Shown: positions 1-11,206 of the stretch, piece after piece
Layout: each line of letters opens with the position of its first letter
Numbering within the stretch: the first letter of the stretch is position 1
DNA from: a virus
Lineage: Duplodnaviria > Heunggongvirae > Uroviricota > Caudoviricetes
DNA: 64,000 bases
IMG/VR virus record: IMGVR_UViG_2513237251_000009
Direction: 5' to 3' (one strand)
The notes under the pieces: model-generated
Databases searched by the model: none
What the model was told of the DNA's origin: nothing
What the model saw: only the letters and a program-made list of their open reading frames with translations
Translations under genes and position numbers: made by a program

Positions 1-1284
1 TTACAGACTTCTGGAAGGTTGCGCAGCTCTTACAACACGCGGTTGATCTTCCGCAGCGTCTTCCAGCGCACTTAAATCACGGTCTTTCACTTCTGGCATT
101 TTCAGCGCAGAGATTAAACCAATCACTGAATATGCCATGATCATAATGGCGATCGGATACCAGGATTCCGTCATGGTGCAGAAAATACCCGCCAGGATAG
201 GACCAAAACCGGAAGCGATAAGACCACCAATTTCTTTAGAAATAGCCATCCGGGTAAAGCGGTTTTTACAGCCGAACATTTCTGCCATGGTAATGTTTTC
301 CAGAGCAAATAATCCCAGCACCGCACAGTTATGAATCACAATCAGTGCAACCATAATGGTGCTCGGGGCATAGCTTTTATCTACGATGATAGAAAGCATT
401 GGCCATGCCAGCACAATCGCGGAGGTATTCATAATAATATACGGGATCCGGCGACCAATTTTATCGGATAACCAACCAAGGAACGGAATGGTCATAAAGC
501 CGGGAATCGAACTGATCATCAATGCATCTGTTGGAATTGCTTTGTTAAACAATAACGTCTGTACTAAATAGCCTGCAAGGAAAGTCTGAATTAACCCGGA
601 GTTACCTGCCTGACCAAAACGCAGCCCTGTTGCCAGCCAGAAGGATTTGCTCTGGAATATGCTACCAGCAGGTGCAGGTTTTGCTGTCGGTTGGTTGCTG
701 TCGTTAACCTTCTCAAAGACCGGGCTTTCTTTCAGATTCATACGCAACCAGATAGCAAAGACCATCACGACAACGCTCGCCAGGAACGGTATACGCCATC
801 CCCACGCCAGCAGTTCCTCTTTACTGAGAATGAAGAACATAAAGGCCCAGATTGCCGTTGCGCTCAAGGTTCCGCAGTTAGTTCCCATAGCCACAAATGA
901 GGAGATAATTCCGCGCTTACCTTTTGGCGCATATTCCGCCAGCATCGTACCGGCACCGGAAATTTCCGCACCTGCACCCAATCCCTGAATAATACGCAGC
1001 GTCACCAGCAAGATGGGGGCAAAAACACCAATCTGTGCATAGGTCGGTAACACTCCAATTAAGGTGGTACAGATCCCCATCATGGTGATGGTAATAAAGA
1101 GCACTTTTTTACGCCCTATTCTGTCGCCCATTTTGCCGAAAATAAATGCTCCGACAATACGCGCCACATAACCTGCACCGTAGGTTCCCATTGCCAGAAT
1201 TAACGCCATTGCCGTTGATGATTCAGGAAAAAATATTTCATGAAACACTAACGCTGCGCCGAGCGAATATAACTGGAAATCCAT
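1..1284 (-). CDS. ydfJ: MFS-family transporter (YdfJ-like metabolite:H+ symporter); host gene flanking the prophage
   Basis: 427-aa ORF, multiple hydrophobic segments, MFS-like motifs (GxxxDRxGRK); start codon sits at the prophage junction. Confidence 0.7.
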   Translation of the reverse strand: MDFQLYSLGAALVFHEIFFPESSTAMALILAMGTYGAGYVARIVGAFIFGKMGDRIGRKKVLFITITMMGICTTLIGVLPTYAQIGVFAPILLVTLRIIQGLGAGAEISGAGTMLAEYAPKGKRGIISSFVAMGTNCGTLSATAIWAFMFFILSKEELLAWGWRIPFLASVVVMVFAIWLRMNLKESPVFEKVNDSNQPTAKPAPAGSIFQSKSFWLATGLRFGQAGNSGLIQTFLAGYLVQTLLFNKAIPTDALMISSIPGFMTIPFLGWLSDKIGRRIPYIIMNTSAIVLAWPMLSIIVDKSYAPSTIMVALIVIHNCAVLGLFALENITMAEMFGCKNRFTRMAISKEIGGLIASGFGPILAGIFCTMTESWYPIAIMIMAYSVIGLISALKMPEVKDRDLSALEDAAEDQPRVVRAAQPSRSL

Positions 1285-1673
1285 AATTCATAGATGTTTT
1301 TTACTATTCTGTGGGTTTTTGGGTGTTTTCTAAGTTTTTTCAGATGGTTGTATTTTTTCTAAAAATCCCTAATCTCGATTTTGCTGTTTATTTGAGGCCT
1401 TTTTATGTCCCATATATGCCCCACAGATACCCCGCAGCCAAAATCAACAAAATGCCAAAAGGTTCTGTTCCTGCCCTGCAACAAGAAATGCTGCGACGTG
1501 TCAGTAAACGTTATGACGATGTAGAAGTGATCATCAAATCCACCAGCAACGATGGCCTTTCAGTTACTCGCACCGCCGATAAAGATTCTGCAAAAACTTT
1601 TGTTCAGGAGACGCTGAAAGATACCTGGGAGTCTGCTGACGAGTGGTTTGTTCGCTAATTAACGAGTAAAATC
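1276..1673. repeat. About 400-bp direct repeat at prophage boundary (copy 1), carrying ydfK and the first codons of ydfJ
   Basis: Identical to 47055..47337 plus 48651..48765 by eye; identity begins at gaaatccataattcatag. Confidence 0.7.
1452..1658 (+). CDS. ydfK: YdfK/YnaE-like small cold-shock-induced prophage protein
   Basis: 68-aa [20 protein letters not shown]..., resembles Qin/Rac YdfK/YnaE; ATG at 1452 inside longer alt-start ORF. Confidence 0.6.
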   Translation: MPKGSVPALQQEMLRRVSKRYDDVEVIIKSTSNDGLSVTRTADKDSAKTFVQETLKDTWESADEWFVR

Positions 1674-1819
1674 AGTAACGGCTGGAAATCATTCAATACT
1701 CGCACTATCGAAAGTTCACCAGCCAACCGCAGCACGTTCTTGCATACGAGGTGCCGCGTTTTACATGCTGTACCGAGAATTAATTTCATTTTACGAAAAG
1801 TTAACCCGCCATTGCTATC

Positions 1820-2461
1820 TTAATTTTTTAAAACGAAGTTACCTCTGTCAGAGTCAAAAGCACAATTATCTCTTCCTACAATCATTGAAACTGCGATTGA
1901 TTCCCTGCTCAAAGGATGAGCCGCCCTTGTTTTAACAAGATATATTAATGACATTTTATCATACAACATACAAACATTTGAATTCATTGAATTCCTCATA
2001 AATACCCCATCTTCTGGTTCACATAATGTAACAGGGCATGTTCGTAAGCTCTCTGGCACTTGCAATTGTGCATGCTCCACATTAAATGCACATACTTCAA
2101 TTTTATCTAACAACTCCTCTAACTGGTAGTTAGAAAGCAATTCCATATTTTCGAGCATCTCAATTTCACGCAGTACTGTAACTTCACGGCTTGTCAAACT
2201 ACCATGATTAAGTGTACGTTCAATATGTTCTATATATTGAAGGCCAATCTGGATGTTATCATTCGATAAACCATCCTGGTTAAGACTTCCCATAAAATAT
2301 CCATTTACCTGCATAGGTCGTATTGACACCATCAACTCACCCAGTCTTACTTGAGCTTCTCCACGAATAGTCTGATTACGTATCTCAGACAAGGTTTCTT
2401 GAGGAATGTCAGACAAAAAACTAACCCCAGGTAAAATATAAGGCGTTAAATCTACAGGCAT
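1820..2461 (-). CDS. nleG: NleG-family type III secreted effector (U-box E3 ubiquitin ligase family)
   Basis: 213 aa; C-terminal CPxTL...GVFMRNS...HPLSRExI motif typical of NleG; SD ggaggg upstream. Confidence 0.8.
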   Translation of the reverse strand: MPVDLTPYILPGVSFLSDIPQETLSEIRNQTIRGEAQVRLGELMVSIRPMQVNGYFMGSLNQDGLSNDNIQIGLQYIEHIERTLNHGSLTSREVTVLREIEMLENMELLSNYQLEELLDKIEVCAFNVEHAQLQVPESLRTCPVTLCEPEDGVFMRNSMNSNVCMLYDKMSLIYLVKTRAAHPLSRESIAVSMIVGRDNCAFDSDRGNFVLKN

Positions 2462-2542
2462 TCCTCTCCCTCCATTTTAATAATTTAATTTTGCTTTAGT
2501 AAAAAATAAAAATACACAAAACTATATTTATAGCATTAATTA

Positions 2543-3172
2543 TCACTTACAACAAAAAGCTTCTCTTTTTGCATCAAAGTGACATTCGTCTTTTCTCATA
2601 ATCATTGATTCTGTTATAGGTTCTCGACTCAGAGGATGAGTTCCACCAGTTTCAACAAGTTGCACTAACGCATCCTTATCATATAGAGAGCATATCTCAG
2701 CACCTCGTGAGTTTCTCATGAACACTCCAGTCTCAGGTGTGTCCAGCGTTATCGGGCATGTCAAAAATGACTCCGGGCAAGAAAAGTGATTAGAATCCGT
2801 TCCAAATACACAAGAATTTATTTTTTCCATTAATATTTTATTACCTGTTTTATTTTCTCTGTGTTCTGCCATGACACTCTGAAAATAGTTATTAACACTA
2901 CTTAAAAAATCGACACCTCCATTTAATTGCCTTTCCAGAGCCACAGCCCTTCTATCCATTCGATGCTCACGCCCCAATAGCCTATCCAGTAAGCCTCCTC
3001 TCACCGGTTCAACTGAAAATCCATCCAGTAGTTGGACATAGTGAACAGAATATTGGCCACTACCAATGGATATTCTTATTCCACTTTCAAGTCTGGCTGC
3101 ATCCTGCAAAGACTGTACTCTTGCAGGAGATAATTGAGATATACTTGGGATACTTAAGGTGGTAACAGGCAT
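2543..3172 (-). CDS. nleG: NleG-family type III secreted effector
   Basis: 209 aa; CPITLDTPETGVFMRNS...THPLSREPI motif; SD gagg upstream. Confidence 0.8.
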   Translation of the reverse strand: MPVTTLSIPSISQLSPARVQSLQDAARLESGIRISIGSGQYSVHYVQLLDGFSVEPVRGGLLDRLLGREHRMDRRAVALERQLNGGVDFLSSVNNYFQSVMAEHRENKTGNKILMEKINSCVFGTDSNHFSCPESFLTCPITLDTPETGVFMRNSRGAEICSLYDKDALVQLVETGGTHPLSREPITESMIMRKDECHFDAKREAFCCK

Positions 3173-3244
3173 AAAAACCTCATTCAGTAATTCATATCAG
3201 TTTGCAGGATGTTTCATTAAATAAAATAAATGGTAATGTTCATT

Positions 3245-3820
3245 TCAATTACCCTTTATAATGAAGTTTCCTCTGGTATCGTCATAAATGCATTCTTCAT
3301 GTTTTACAATTATTGATGCCGTTATTGGTTCCCGGGTCAGTGGGTGGGGTAAGCCTTCACCAACCAAACGAGAAAATGCAGCGGCATCAAATAAAGTACA
3401 TACATCTGAACCATCTGAATTCTTCACAAAAATACCTTTTTCAGGCTGCTCCAGTGTAATTGGACACTGAATAGCCTCAAGCGGGCACTGAAGTCTCTCT
3501 GGACAAACAGAAAACTTACATTGAGATATTTTGTTCTGAATACTCTCTTGCGATTGTGCTTCACCTGAGTCCGAAAGCATACTTAGCATTCTCTCACCAA
3601 GGGCTCGAGGACCACTATTAAATCCCAAAAGCAATAACTCAGAAAGCAATCCGCCATTACCGCCACTGGATGAAAAGCGCCCATTAGTAGAATCATACAC
3701 AATACTGACAGTTTCACCACCGACTGTAATATCTCCGCGCCCATTGGCTACAATTCGGGCACGAACAACCTCCACCCCAAGATTAAATGAATGTGATCTA
3801 ATATCTGAGGTTAATGGCAT
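3245..3820 (-). CDS. nleG: NleG-family type III secreted effector
   Basis: 192 aa from ATG 3820 (SD gggag); CPITLEQPEKGIFVKNS...PHPLTREPI motif. Confidence 0.75.
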   Translation of the reverse strand: MPLTSDIRSHSFNLGVEVVRARIVANGRGDITVGGETVSIVYDSTNGRFSSSGGNGGLLSELLLLGFNSGPRALGERMLSMLSDSGEAQSQESIQNKISQCKFSVCPERLQCPLEAIQCPITLEQPEKGIFVKNSDGSDVCTLFDAAAFSRLVGEGLPHPLTREPITASIIVKHEECIYDDTRGNFIIKGN

Positions 3821-3892
3821 AACAAAGCTCCCTATTTTAATTTGAACTCCAGACTTAAATAGCTGTAACAAACATCCCCCATACGTGACAAC

Positions 3893-3920
3893 AAAAAACC
3901 GGAGCCGGACTCCGGTTTTT
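3893..3920. terminator. Bidirectional intrinsic terminator separating tail module from NleG cargo
   Basis: A-run, ccggag/ctccgg hairpin, T-run; same element recurs near 53748..53776 and 54616..54644. Confidence 0.5.
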
Positions 3921-3933
3921 GTGAAGCTGTCGG

Positions 3934-4203
3934 CTATTTCATCCCGCCAATATTTTCCCACGTCCCGTCAGCACGCAGGATTTGCAGCGGTCTTACCACA
4001 CACTGTATCTGCTTTTTATCCGCATCCAGTATCACCACCTGCGTGATTACCCTGTCCTGCTCCGGGATAATACCATTCTCATCGGACTCCAGAATGTCTG
4101 CCGGTCCCAGTCGCAGCTGTGCTGTAAGTAACTCCCCGTTTTCACGGTCATCATGCTTTCCGCAACCGCACAGACGCTGCATAATTTTTTTTAATATGTT
4201 CAT
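3934..4203 (-). CDS. Hypothetical 89-aa protein downstream of side tail fibre
   Basis: ORF with SD aggag before ATG 4203; identical copy at 54658..54927; no recognised domain. Confidence 0.45.
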   Translation of the reverse strand: MNILKKIMQRLCGCGKHDDRENGELLTAQLRLGPADILESDENGIIPEQDRVITQVVILDADKKQIQCVVRPLQILRADGTWENIGGMK

Positions 4204-4204
4204 G

Positions 4205-5432
4205 TCATTCTCCTGTTCTGCCTGTATCACTGCCCACTTCATCCAGCCCCTTAACATCCTGCCACGGCCCGTCACCAAACCTGACCTGCAAATGCTGAAA
4301 AAAACCCTGAACCCGTGTGGCATCTTTGGGGTCAAGAAAGGTCAGTCCGGTGATGAGTGCGCCATCTGTATCCGGGAACCAGCCATGGCTGTTTGTCTCA
4401 ATAATGTTTCCCGGCCCCAGACGGAACCGTATTTGCGTCTCCCCCGGGTCGCCCTTCGGCCCCTGAGGTCCGGTTGCCCCCACCGGGCCAGCCGCACCTG
4501 TTTCTCCTTTCGGTCCCTGTGGGCCTGCCGGGCCTGCCGGGCCTGCCGGACCAGCATCACCTGCCGGCCCCCTTTCACCGGTTGCCCCTGCCGGACCGGT
4601 GTCTCCACGCTCTCCTTTATCTCCCTTCGGCCCCTGAGGACCCGCGGGACCCGGTTCCCCCTTTGGCCGGGAGGCCCACCACCGTGGGGATTCGGTTTAC
4701 GGCCTCTTCCGCCGCTATCCTGCTTTGTTCCCGCTGACTGTGCGCTTTCTGCTGACTCCCGGGCTTTTTCTGTTGCGGTCGTTGCATCCTGGCTGCATTA
4801 CCGGCTGCACTTTCTGCCGTCTTTTTTGACAACTCAGCATCTGCTGCACTTTGTGATGACTCACTGGCTTTTTGAGCGGCCGCAGAGGCCGAGGACGAGG
4901 ACGCCTCCTCTGACTGCTTTGCAGCGGCTGCACTTTCTGCCGCCTGCCGGGCTGACTCCGATGCATCCCCTGCTGAAGTGTCAGCATTTGCCGCGCTCTC
5001 TTCTGCCTGACTGGCTGATATGCCGGCATTCCTCGCGGACGTCTCCGCCTCTCCGGCATTCTTCTTCGCCTCCTCAGCGTGACGCGCCGCTTCTTCCACC
5101 ATCAGTTCAAAACGACGCAGTGCCTCCGGCCGGACGTCATCCTCCGACATGGCACCGAGAAAATCATTCAGCGTCCCCGGTTGAGAATCTTCATACACGG
5201 TGATGGTCCCGGCATGTGACGGCGGGAACCCTTCCACCAACAGAATAACGCTGTACTGACCGTACTCAACGTCCATGCTGTAACGACCGGCTTCATCCGG
5301 ATTTTCAGAGGCCACCGTGTTCACCACCACCGTGGCGCTGTTACGTCTGGCTTTCAGTTGAATGGTGCAGTTCTCTACCGGTTTTCCTGTGCCGTCTTTC
5401 AGTACACCTGAAATCTTTACTGCCATATTCAC
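4205..5432 (-). pseudogene. Side tail fibre with collagen-like Gly-X-Y repeats, disrupted by frameshifts
   Basis: Split into 4617..5432 and 4205..4483; intact 409-aa paralogue at 54929..56158; differences are single-base indels in C/G runs around 4660..4800. Confidence 0.65.
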
Positions 5433-5490
5433 CCCACAAAAAAGCCCGCCTGAACCGGCGGGCTGTCATAACACTGTGTTACCTGGCTAA

Positions 5491-6090
5491 TCAGAACTTA
5501 TAACCGACACCCACGATGAAACCGTCAGTGCGCCAGTCGCCACTGCCGGAGCCTTCATAAGCAATATCAATGGCCACGGATTCGGTCGGGTTAAACTGCA
5601 CGCCAGCCCCCCACGCCAGAGACGTGTTGCTGTGGCGACCGTCATCACTTCCGGTCAGCACATCGTGCGTTTTCCCCTTGTTGTCAGTTACGCGAAGATA
5701 ATCCCCGGAGAAAGTCGACACACGGCTGTAAGCCACACCCGCCATCGCATACGCGCTGAACCATTCATTCACGCGCACAGACGGCCCCGCCATTACGCTG
5801 AACCAGCGGTTACGCACGGAATCTTCATGCCAGCGGGTATCGCTGTAACGGGTAAGCTGGCGATTCTTGTCTCCTGCATAGCTGAATGACGTCACCAGCC
5901 CCAGCGTGTCCGTAAATTCATAACGGTATTTCACGTTAATCCCGTTAAGATTATCGCTACCGGGAGCGCTCGTCCGGGCATGAAGATACCCCGCGCTCAG
6001 CGTGGCCTGCTGCTCAGACGCCCATGCAGGCGCGCCGGATACGGCCAGACAGATGGCTGCGGACAAAATGGCGGCATAAAGTTTACGCAT
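5491..6090 (-). CDS. lom: Lom/Ail-family outer membrane protein
   Basis: 199 aa, signal peptide, beta-barrel-like C-terminus ending GYKF; position after J as in lambda. Confidence 0.85.
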
Positions 6091-6157
6091 AATTACCTCT
6101 CGCTTTTCTGCAATAAAAAAGGCGCCATTTCTGGCGCCCGTATATGGGTTATAAAAT

Positions 6158-9100
6158 TCAGCTGATACTGATACCTGCTGTGGATTTTTTCATCACCACA
6201 ACCAGCAGATCGCTGATACTGGTTGTTGGTGTCCAGTTATTCGCTCCTGATGAAGATACGGTGAATGTCAGTGTCAGCGTCCCCTGTCCGGCAGGCATAT
6301 CTATAACTGAGGAAAATACGCCCTGAGCATCCGTCGTGGACTGATTAAAAATCTCCTGACCATTGCGGGTCACTCTTAACCGGCAGGTTGAATACCAGTA
6401 TGACTGTTGGTTATTACTGTTGAAATTCTCATGCTTACCACCGCGGAATAACACTGGCGGTATCATGACCTGCCGGTCAAACTTCTGATCATCACTGATT
6501 CTTACCGTGATGGTGCCACTGGCATAAGTGCTCGTGCGGGGGAAAGACTTGCTGACCGTTTTGACAATATCGCCTTCAATCTGGTTGGCTGACAGTTTCC
6601 CCTTAATCTGACAGTTCTCATTAATCGTGACGTTGTTGAGCGTCCCTGAGTTCGCATTCACACTGCCACTGATATCCGCATTTTTCGCCGTCAGTCGCCC
6701 GTCCGGCGTCAGGGAAAACGTCGGGGGATTGCCGGACGAGGTGATACTCACCGCAAACAGTCGCTTCAGGAACACGTCGTTCATGAACAGCTGATTCCCC
6801 TGCGCCACAAATAACGGCGTGCTGTTGCCGCTCTCCGGATTTATCATCGCGATACGGTCAGCCAGCAGCAGTATGTTGCTCAGTGGCTGGCCATCAGTAT
6901 CCTCAATCCCTGCACCAATCCCGGCCACATAGGGAATGCCGTCTTTCGTTTTTTGAACCTTCAGCATGTACAGCGCAGCCAGGTCATCATTTGTGTCCTT
7001 CTGCACGCGCTGTATCTGCTGTATAGTGGCGCTCTGGTTCTCCAGCGTTTTACTGACCGTCTGTGTGATTTCATTGCGGGTTTCCGTGATGGTGGTCTTC
7101 ATCTCCGCCATCTCATCCGCAAGCTGGCTGTTGTCTATCAGCTCCCATAGCCCCTGAGCCAGATGCAGTTTTCCTATTTTTTCCCGGAAAAATTCCAGAT
7201 ACCCTTCACCATCATTGCTGGGCTGCCCGCTGACTTCCACAAACGCAGATTTCCCCACCAGGTTGACGCTGCGCACGTAAAACCAGAAATCCGTCCCCGG
7301 CTTAATCCGGCTTCCCTGGACAGTCCACTGACTGCCGCTCCCCAGATAACGGGCAGATTTTTCCACCTGTGCCGTGTTCGTGATGCGTTTTTCCGAAAAC
7401 CAGAACTCAAACTGCACCGTCGGGTCATACACCGCCAGCACCGGTACCGCCGTTATCTGAAAATACCCCGGCGTCAGTTCAATGGTGGCGGGTTTTGCTG
7501 GCGCGTTAATCCGGAAGGTGGTGATGGCCGGTTCCCCCTGCTGGCCATAACTGTTAATTGCCCTGACTGTCAGGGTGTATTCCCCGAGCGGCAGACCACT
7601 GAAACGATGCTCTGTATCCGCAGTGATGGCGGTGGTCACCAGACGGCTGTCCTGACCGCTTCCACTGGTCAGGCGCAGACTGAAGCGCACGCCCTTCACC
7701 ACCCGCGGCGTGTCCCATTTCGCCTGCGCCAGATACTGGCTGTCAGCTGCACTCACCTCCACCGTCAGGTGCTGCACTGCCGGAGGGATGACGCTGTTCA
7801 GGGTGCCGCTCTGGTCGCCGTCAAAGTGCGCCCCGTTATCCACGATGGCTTCTTTTTCCGGTACGTGCTGCACTGCCGTGATGGCAAAGGTGCCGTCCGT
7901 GTTTTCCCGGATGGAGACACAGCGGAACAGGCGACGACGCAGTGACGGCAGGGAGAGCCCCCACACACCGTATGTCTCCACGCCATCCGGCAGGGTGCTG
8001 ACCTGTATCCGGTCCGGCGCGGGGTGTGCAGTGATGGCCACGCTCACCGGCTTACCGCTGCCGTTAATCAGGTTCACCGTGGCGGCACCGGTCTCCGGCA
8101 GGGTCACCTCACGGTCCAGTGTCAGGGTGCGGCTGGCGGCATCGATGGACAGGATACGTCCGCCGGTCATGGTCCCGGCATAGTCGTTATCACAGATTTC
8201 AATAATGTCACCGGGTGTGTGACGCAGCCCCTGTGACCCGAGCGTGAAATCCACCGTCTGCGTTTCCAGCAGTCCGGTCTTTATCACCCACAGCCCGGCA
8301 CGGTGGGCCTGACCGCGACTGGTACAGCCGAACGCATCCATCTTCAGCAGGTTGCGCCCGTAGCGCAGTATGGCTTCCGGGTCTTCCACCAGTTCCGTGG
8401 AGGTCTGCCAGCCGTTCTGCGGGTCGGTGTAATTCACCTCCACCGCCGTGTGGCGGTCCTTCAGGGCGCTGAAGCTGTAGCGAAACCCCACGCCGTTATC
8501 ATCCACCACCACATCACTGTTGGTGTACGGCCACACCACATCCGACGGACTGTCCTGAACGAACGTCAGCGTCTGGCCGTTCCATACCGGCATACAGCGC
8601 ATCGCCGAGCAGAAATCACTGAGAACGTCCCACGCCTTACGCTGTTGTGACAGGTACGCATTAAAGGTCATCCGCGGCTCTGTGCCCCCGAAACCATCAG
8701 GGACCATCTGGTCGCAGTACTGCGCAATGGCATACAGCGCCCACTTGTCCACATCCGCCGCCCCCAGGCGTTTTCCCATGCCGTAGCGCGGGTGAGTCAG
8801 CATGTCCCACAGGCACCAGGCCGGGTTGTTGCTGTATGCCGGTTTCAGGCTGCCGTCCCAGATGCCGCTGTACGTGCGTTTTTCCGGGTCATAGTTTGAC
8901 GGCACCTGGATGATGCGACCGCGGATATGGTAGTTCACCGTCATCTGCTGACCGCCAAACTGCTCCGCATCCACCTGCAGCCCCACAATGGCCGTGTTCG
9001 GGTAGCACTGTTTCACATCGATGATTTCGGTGTATGACGACCACAGCGTTCTGTTCTGCAGCTGGTCCGTGGTGCTGTCCGCCGTCTCCCTGACCATCCG

Positions 9101-9637
9101 GATGTTAAAGGGCCGGGGCGGCAGATTATCCAGAATCACCGACGCCAGGAACTGCGAGGTGGTCTTGCCGTTAATGGTGACATCCTTTTCCGTCACCCAG
9201 TTACCGTTACGCTGCAACTGAATCAGCAGTCGGACAGAAGAGTGATTACGGTCGCCCTTTGAGGTGGTCTCCAACAGTGACTGCACCCCGAAGGTGACCC
9301 GCAGGCGGTCAATGTTCGCGGACGTAATGGTGCGCGTCACCGGCTTTGCCTTCGTCACTTCCACGCCCAGTGCGGTTTCAGCTCCGGAGGACTCAAAGCC
9401 TTCCGGTGGTGTCTGCTCCTGCTCCCCGGCACGCCAGACCGCAGTCACACCGTGTATCACGGGATTACCGTCCGTGTCCGTCAGCGGGGTTTTGTTCACC
9501 AGAATACTCTGCAGCCCCTTCACCGGACCTTCAATCGGCCCTTCACCAATGGCGTCAATCACGCTCATCATCTGCGTGGACTTAAGATTGTCCTTTGCCT
9601 CTACCGGCGTGTGCCCCTTGCCGCCCCCTTTACCCAC
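6158..9637 (-). CDS. J: Tail tip host-specificity protein J
   Basis: About 1159 aa from GTG 9637 (SD ggagagggg); strong resemblance to lambda gpJ throughout. Confidence 0.9.
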   Translation of the reverse strand: MGKGGGKGHTPVEAKDNLKSTQMMSVIDAIGEGPIEGPVKGLQSILVNKTPLTDTDGNPVIHGVTAVWRAGEQEQTPPEGFESSGAETALGVEVTKAKPVTRTITSANIDRLRVTFGVQSLLETTSKGDRNHSSVRLLIQLQRNGNWVTEKDVTINGKTTSQFLASVILDNLPPRPFNIRMVRETADSTTDQLQNRTLWSSYTEIIDVKQCYPNTAIVGLQVDAEQFGGQQMTVNYHIRGRIIQVPSNYDPEKRTYSGIWDGSLKPAYSNNPAWCLWDMLTHPRYGMGKRLGAADVDKWALYAIAQYCDQMVPDGFGGTEPRMTFNAYLSQQRKAWDVLSDFCSAMRCMPVWNGQTLTFVQDSPSDVVWPYTNSDVVVDDNGVGFRYSFSALKDRHTAVEVNYTDPQNGWQTSTELVEDPEAILRYGRNLLKMDAFGCTSRGQAHRAGLWVIKTGLLETQTVDFTLGSQGLRHTPGDIIEICDNDYAGTMTGGRILSIDAASRTLTLDREVTLPETGAATVNLINGSGKPVSVAITAHPAPDRIQVSTLPDGVETYGVWGLSLPSLRRRLFRCVSIRENTDGTFAITAVQHVPEKEAIVDNGAHFDGDQSGTLNSVIPPAVQHLTVEVSAADSQYLAQAKWDTPRVVKGVRFSLRLTSGSGQDSRLVTTAITADTEHRFSGLPLGEYTLTVRAINSYGQQGEPAITTFRINAPAKPATIELTPGYFQITAVPVLAVYDPTVQFEFWFSEKRITNTAQVEKSARYLGSGSQWTVQGSRIKPGTDFWFYVRSVNLVGKSAFVEVSGQPSNDGEGYLEFFREKIGKLHLAQGLWELIDNSQLADEMAEMKTTITETRNEITQTVSKTLENQSATIQQIQRVQKDTNDDLAALYMLKVQKTKDGIPYVAGIGAGIEDTDGQPLSNILLLADRIAMINPESGNSTPLFVAQGNQLFMNDVFLKRLFAVSITSSGNPPTFSLTPDGRLTAKNADISGSVNANSGTLNNVTINENCQIKGKLSANQIEGDIVKTVSKSFPRTSTYASGTITVRISDDQKFDRQVMIPPVLFRGGKHENFNSNNQQSYWYSTCRLRVTRNGQEIFNQSTTDAQGVFSSVIDMPAGQGTLTLTFTVSSSGANNWTPTTSISDLLVVVMKKSTAGISIS

Positions 9638-9877
9638 TCTGTCCCCCTCTCCTGTCTGATGTCTGAATCTGTTTATGCCAGAAAACAACAGGCACCCCGG
9701 AGGGTGCCTGTGTCATGACGGAATAAAATTTCTGAAACTCTTCACATTTCCGGCAATTGCCTGTAGCCGCAATAATGACGCTGCATTACTTTTTTGATGC
9801 CTGAAAAATAACTCCATAACGTTAATCTTCATCGTTCTCTCCCGCAGCTCCGCTAACTCTGCGGGATTTTTTTATTT

Positions 9878-10555
9878 TCATCCCCGCCCGATAACCACCA
9901 CTTTCCCGTCTCCGCCCTCATCACGGGTGCTGATGTCCTGGGATATCCGTCGTGAACCAACCAGCATTTCACCATAAGGCACCGGCATCGGGTTCCCCTG
10001 GGCAATCATGTTATCCAGTGACGAAAAATACGTGTTCTGTTTACCGTTATCCGTCGCCCTGTACTCCGGTGTTTTTGCCTTCGGTGCCAGCATCTGGGCC
10101 ACACCGCCCAGTATCATGCTGGCACCCAGTGAGAACAGCATCGTGGTGGCAGTCAGCCCTCCGGCACTCAGGGCTGCGCCCCACAACGCCATCGTTGCGC
10201 CGGCGGTGAAGAAAGAGCCCACGATGGCTGCCGCCCCCAGCACAATCTGCAGTCCACCCTTTCCGGCTCCGGCCAGTCGCGGCACAATATGGATGACCGC
10301 CCCCTCACCCAGAGGTTCGTGAAGACGGGCGTACACCGCCTCCGGTGCCGTGTCCTCACCGCGAATACGTATCTGGTACCAGCCTTCGTTCATCTGACGG
10401 CGGAATCCCGGCATCTGCAGCGACAGGGCACGGATGGCTTCCGCTGCCGTGTTCACGTACAGGCTGAGGCGGCGGCCAAATCGTTGCAAATCCCCGTGAA
10501 GGCAGATGCGTGCCAGTGGCGGTGACGCCAGACAGAATGCGTTCGTCGTTGCCAT
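9878..10555 (-). CDS. I: Tail assembly protein I
   Basis: 225 aa; MA..LASP.ARICL.GDLQRFGRR... resembles lambda gpI. Confidence 0.85.
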   Translation of the reverse strand: MATTNAFCLASPPLARICLHGDLQRFGRRLSLYVNTAAEAIRALSLQMPGFRRQMNEGWYQIRIRGEDTAPEAVYARLHEPLGEGAVIHIVPRLAGAGKGGLQIVLGAAAIVGSFFTAGATMALWGAALSAGGLTATTMLFSLGASMILGGVAQMLAPKAKTPEYRATDNGKQNTYFSSLDNMIAQGNPMPVPYGEMLVGSRRISQDISTRDEGGDGKVVVIGRG

Positions 10556-11196
10556 TTTTCAGAATACCTCTCCCGTTTACTCAGTTGTTCAGGCAGATGG
10601 TGAAGCAGTTCACCGTTGCCGCAGTATATGGCGGCATGATTGGCCACCGATGCGCCAAAGCAGCACAGCAGGATATCGCCCGCCTGTGCAGAGGACAGGG
10701 GCACCCGGTAAAAACCAGTCGCCGCCATATTGTCCAGGTAAAGGTTCTGACCGTTGCGCCACCAGTCATCCTCACGCTCAAAATCCGGCAGCGTTATCCC
10801 CGCCAGATGGTATGCATCCCGGAACAGGGTGTAACAGTCCGTCACCCCGTGCTCAAAACGACGCCCGGTCAGGTGCGGCACACAGCGGAATTTATGAATT
10901 TCCCCCCGGCAGACCAGCCACCAGGGCAGGGCACTCTTTATCTGCAGCCGCCGGTCGGCCTCGCTCAGCCAGGGCAGACCACCAGGGTGGCTGTGAACCA
11001 GCGCCACAATCTCCCCCTGCATCTCTGCCTGCAGCCAGTCTTCCGGCGCAATACGAAAATACGCCTCCGGCTCTGCGGAGATATTCACGCAGGGCTGGTA
11101 CCGTTCGCCCTCCGGGGTGCCTATCACGAAGCCGCACGACTCCGCAGGCGCACACCGCCGGGCATGCACCAGAATCGCTGATTCAGTCTGTGTCAT
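10453..11196 (-). CDS. K: Tail assembly protein K (NlpC/P60 plus JAB/MPN-like)
   Basis: ATG at 11196 (MTQTESAIL...); HSHP motif; overlaps I as in lambda. Confidence 0.8.
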   Translation of the reverse strand: MTQTESAILVHARRCAPAESCGFVIGTPEGERYQPCVNISAEPEAYFRIAPEDWLQAEMQGEIVALVHSHPGGLPWLSEADRRLQIKSALPWWLVCRGEIHKFRCVPHLTGRRFEHGVTDCYTLFRDAYHLAGITLPDFEREDDWWRNGQNLYLDNMAATGFYRVPLSSAQAGDILLCCFGASVANHAAIYCGNGELLHHLPEQLSKRERYSEKWQRRTHSVWRHRHWHASAFTGICNDLAAASACT

Positions 11197-11206
11197 AAAA
11201 CAGGAT

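Noticed and set aside
4527-4555. Triplicated gggcctgcc motif as a regulatory tandem repeat
   Set aside because: It encodes Gly-X-Y collagen-like triplets inside the tail-fibre coding sequence (also at about 55250 in prophage B).
4043-5203. 386-aa plus-strand ORF antisense to the tail-fibre gene
   Set aside because: Pro/Arg/Cys-rich low-complexity translation of the GC-rich collagen-repeat DNA; antisense to a well-supported gene; no SD.
7163-8650. Several 100-260-aa plus-strand ORFs inside J (also 10506..11198 inside K/I, 12375..13232 inside H, 15640..16359 inside V, 22095..22535 inside B)
   Set aside because: Antisense shadow ORFs in high-GC coding DNA; Arg/Pro/His-rich; each overlaps a gene with strong homology on the other strand.
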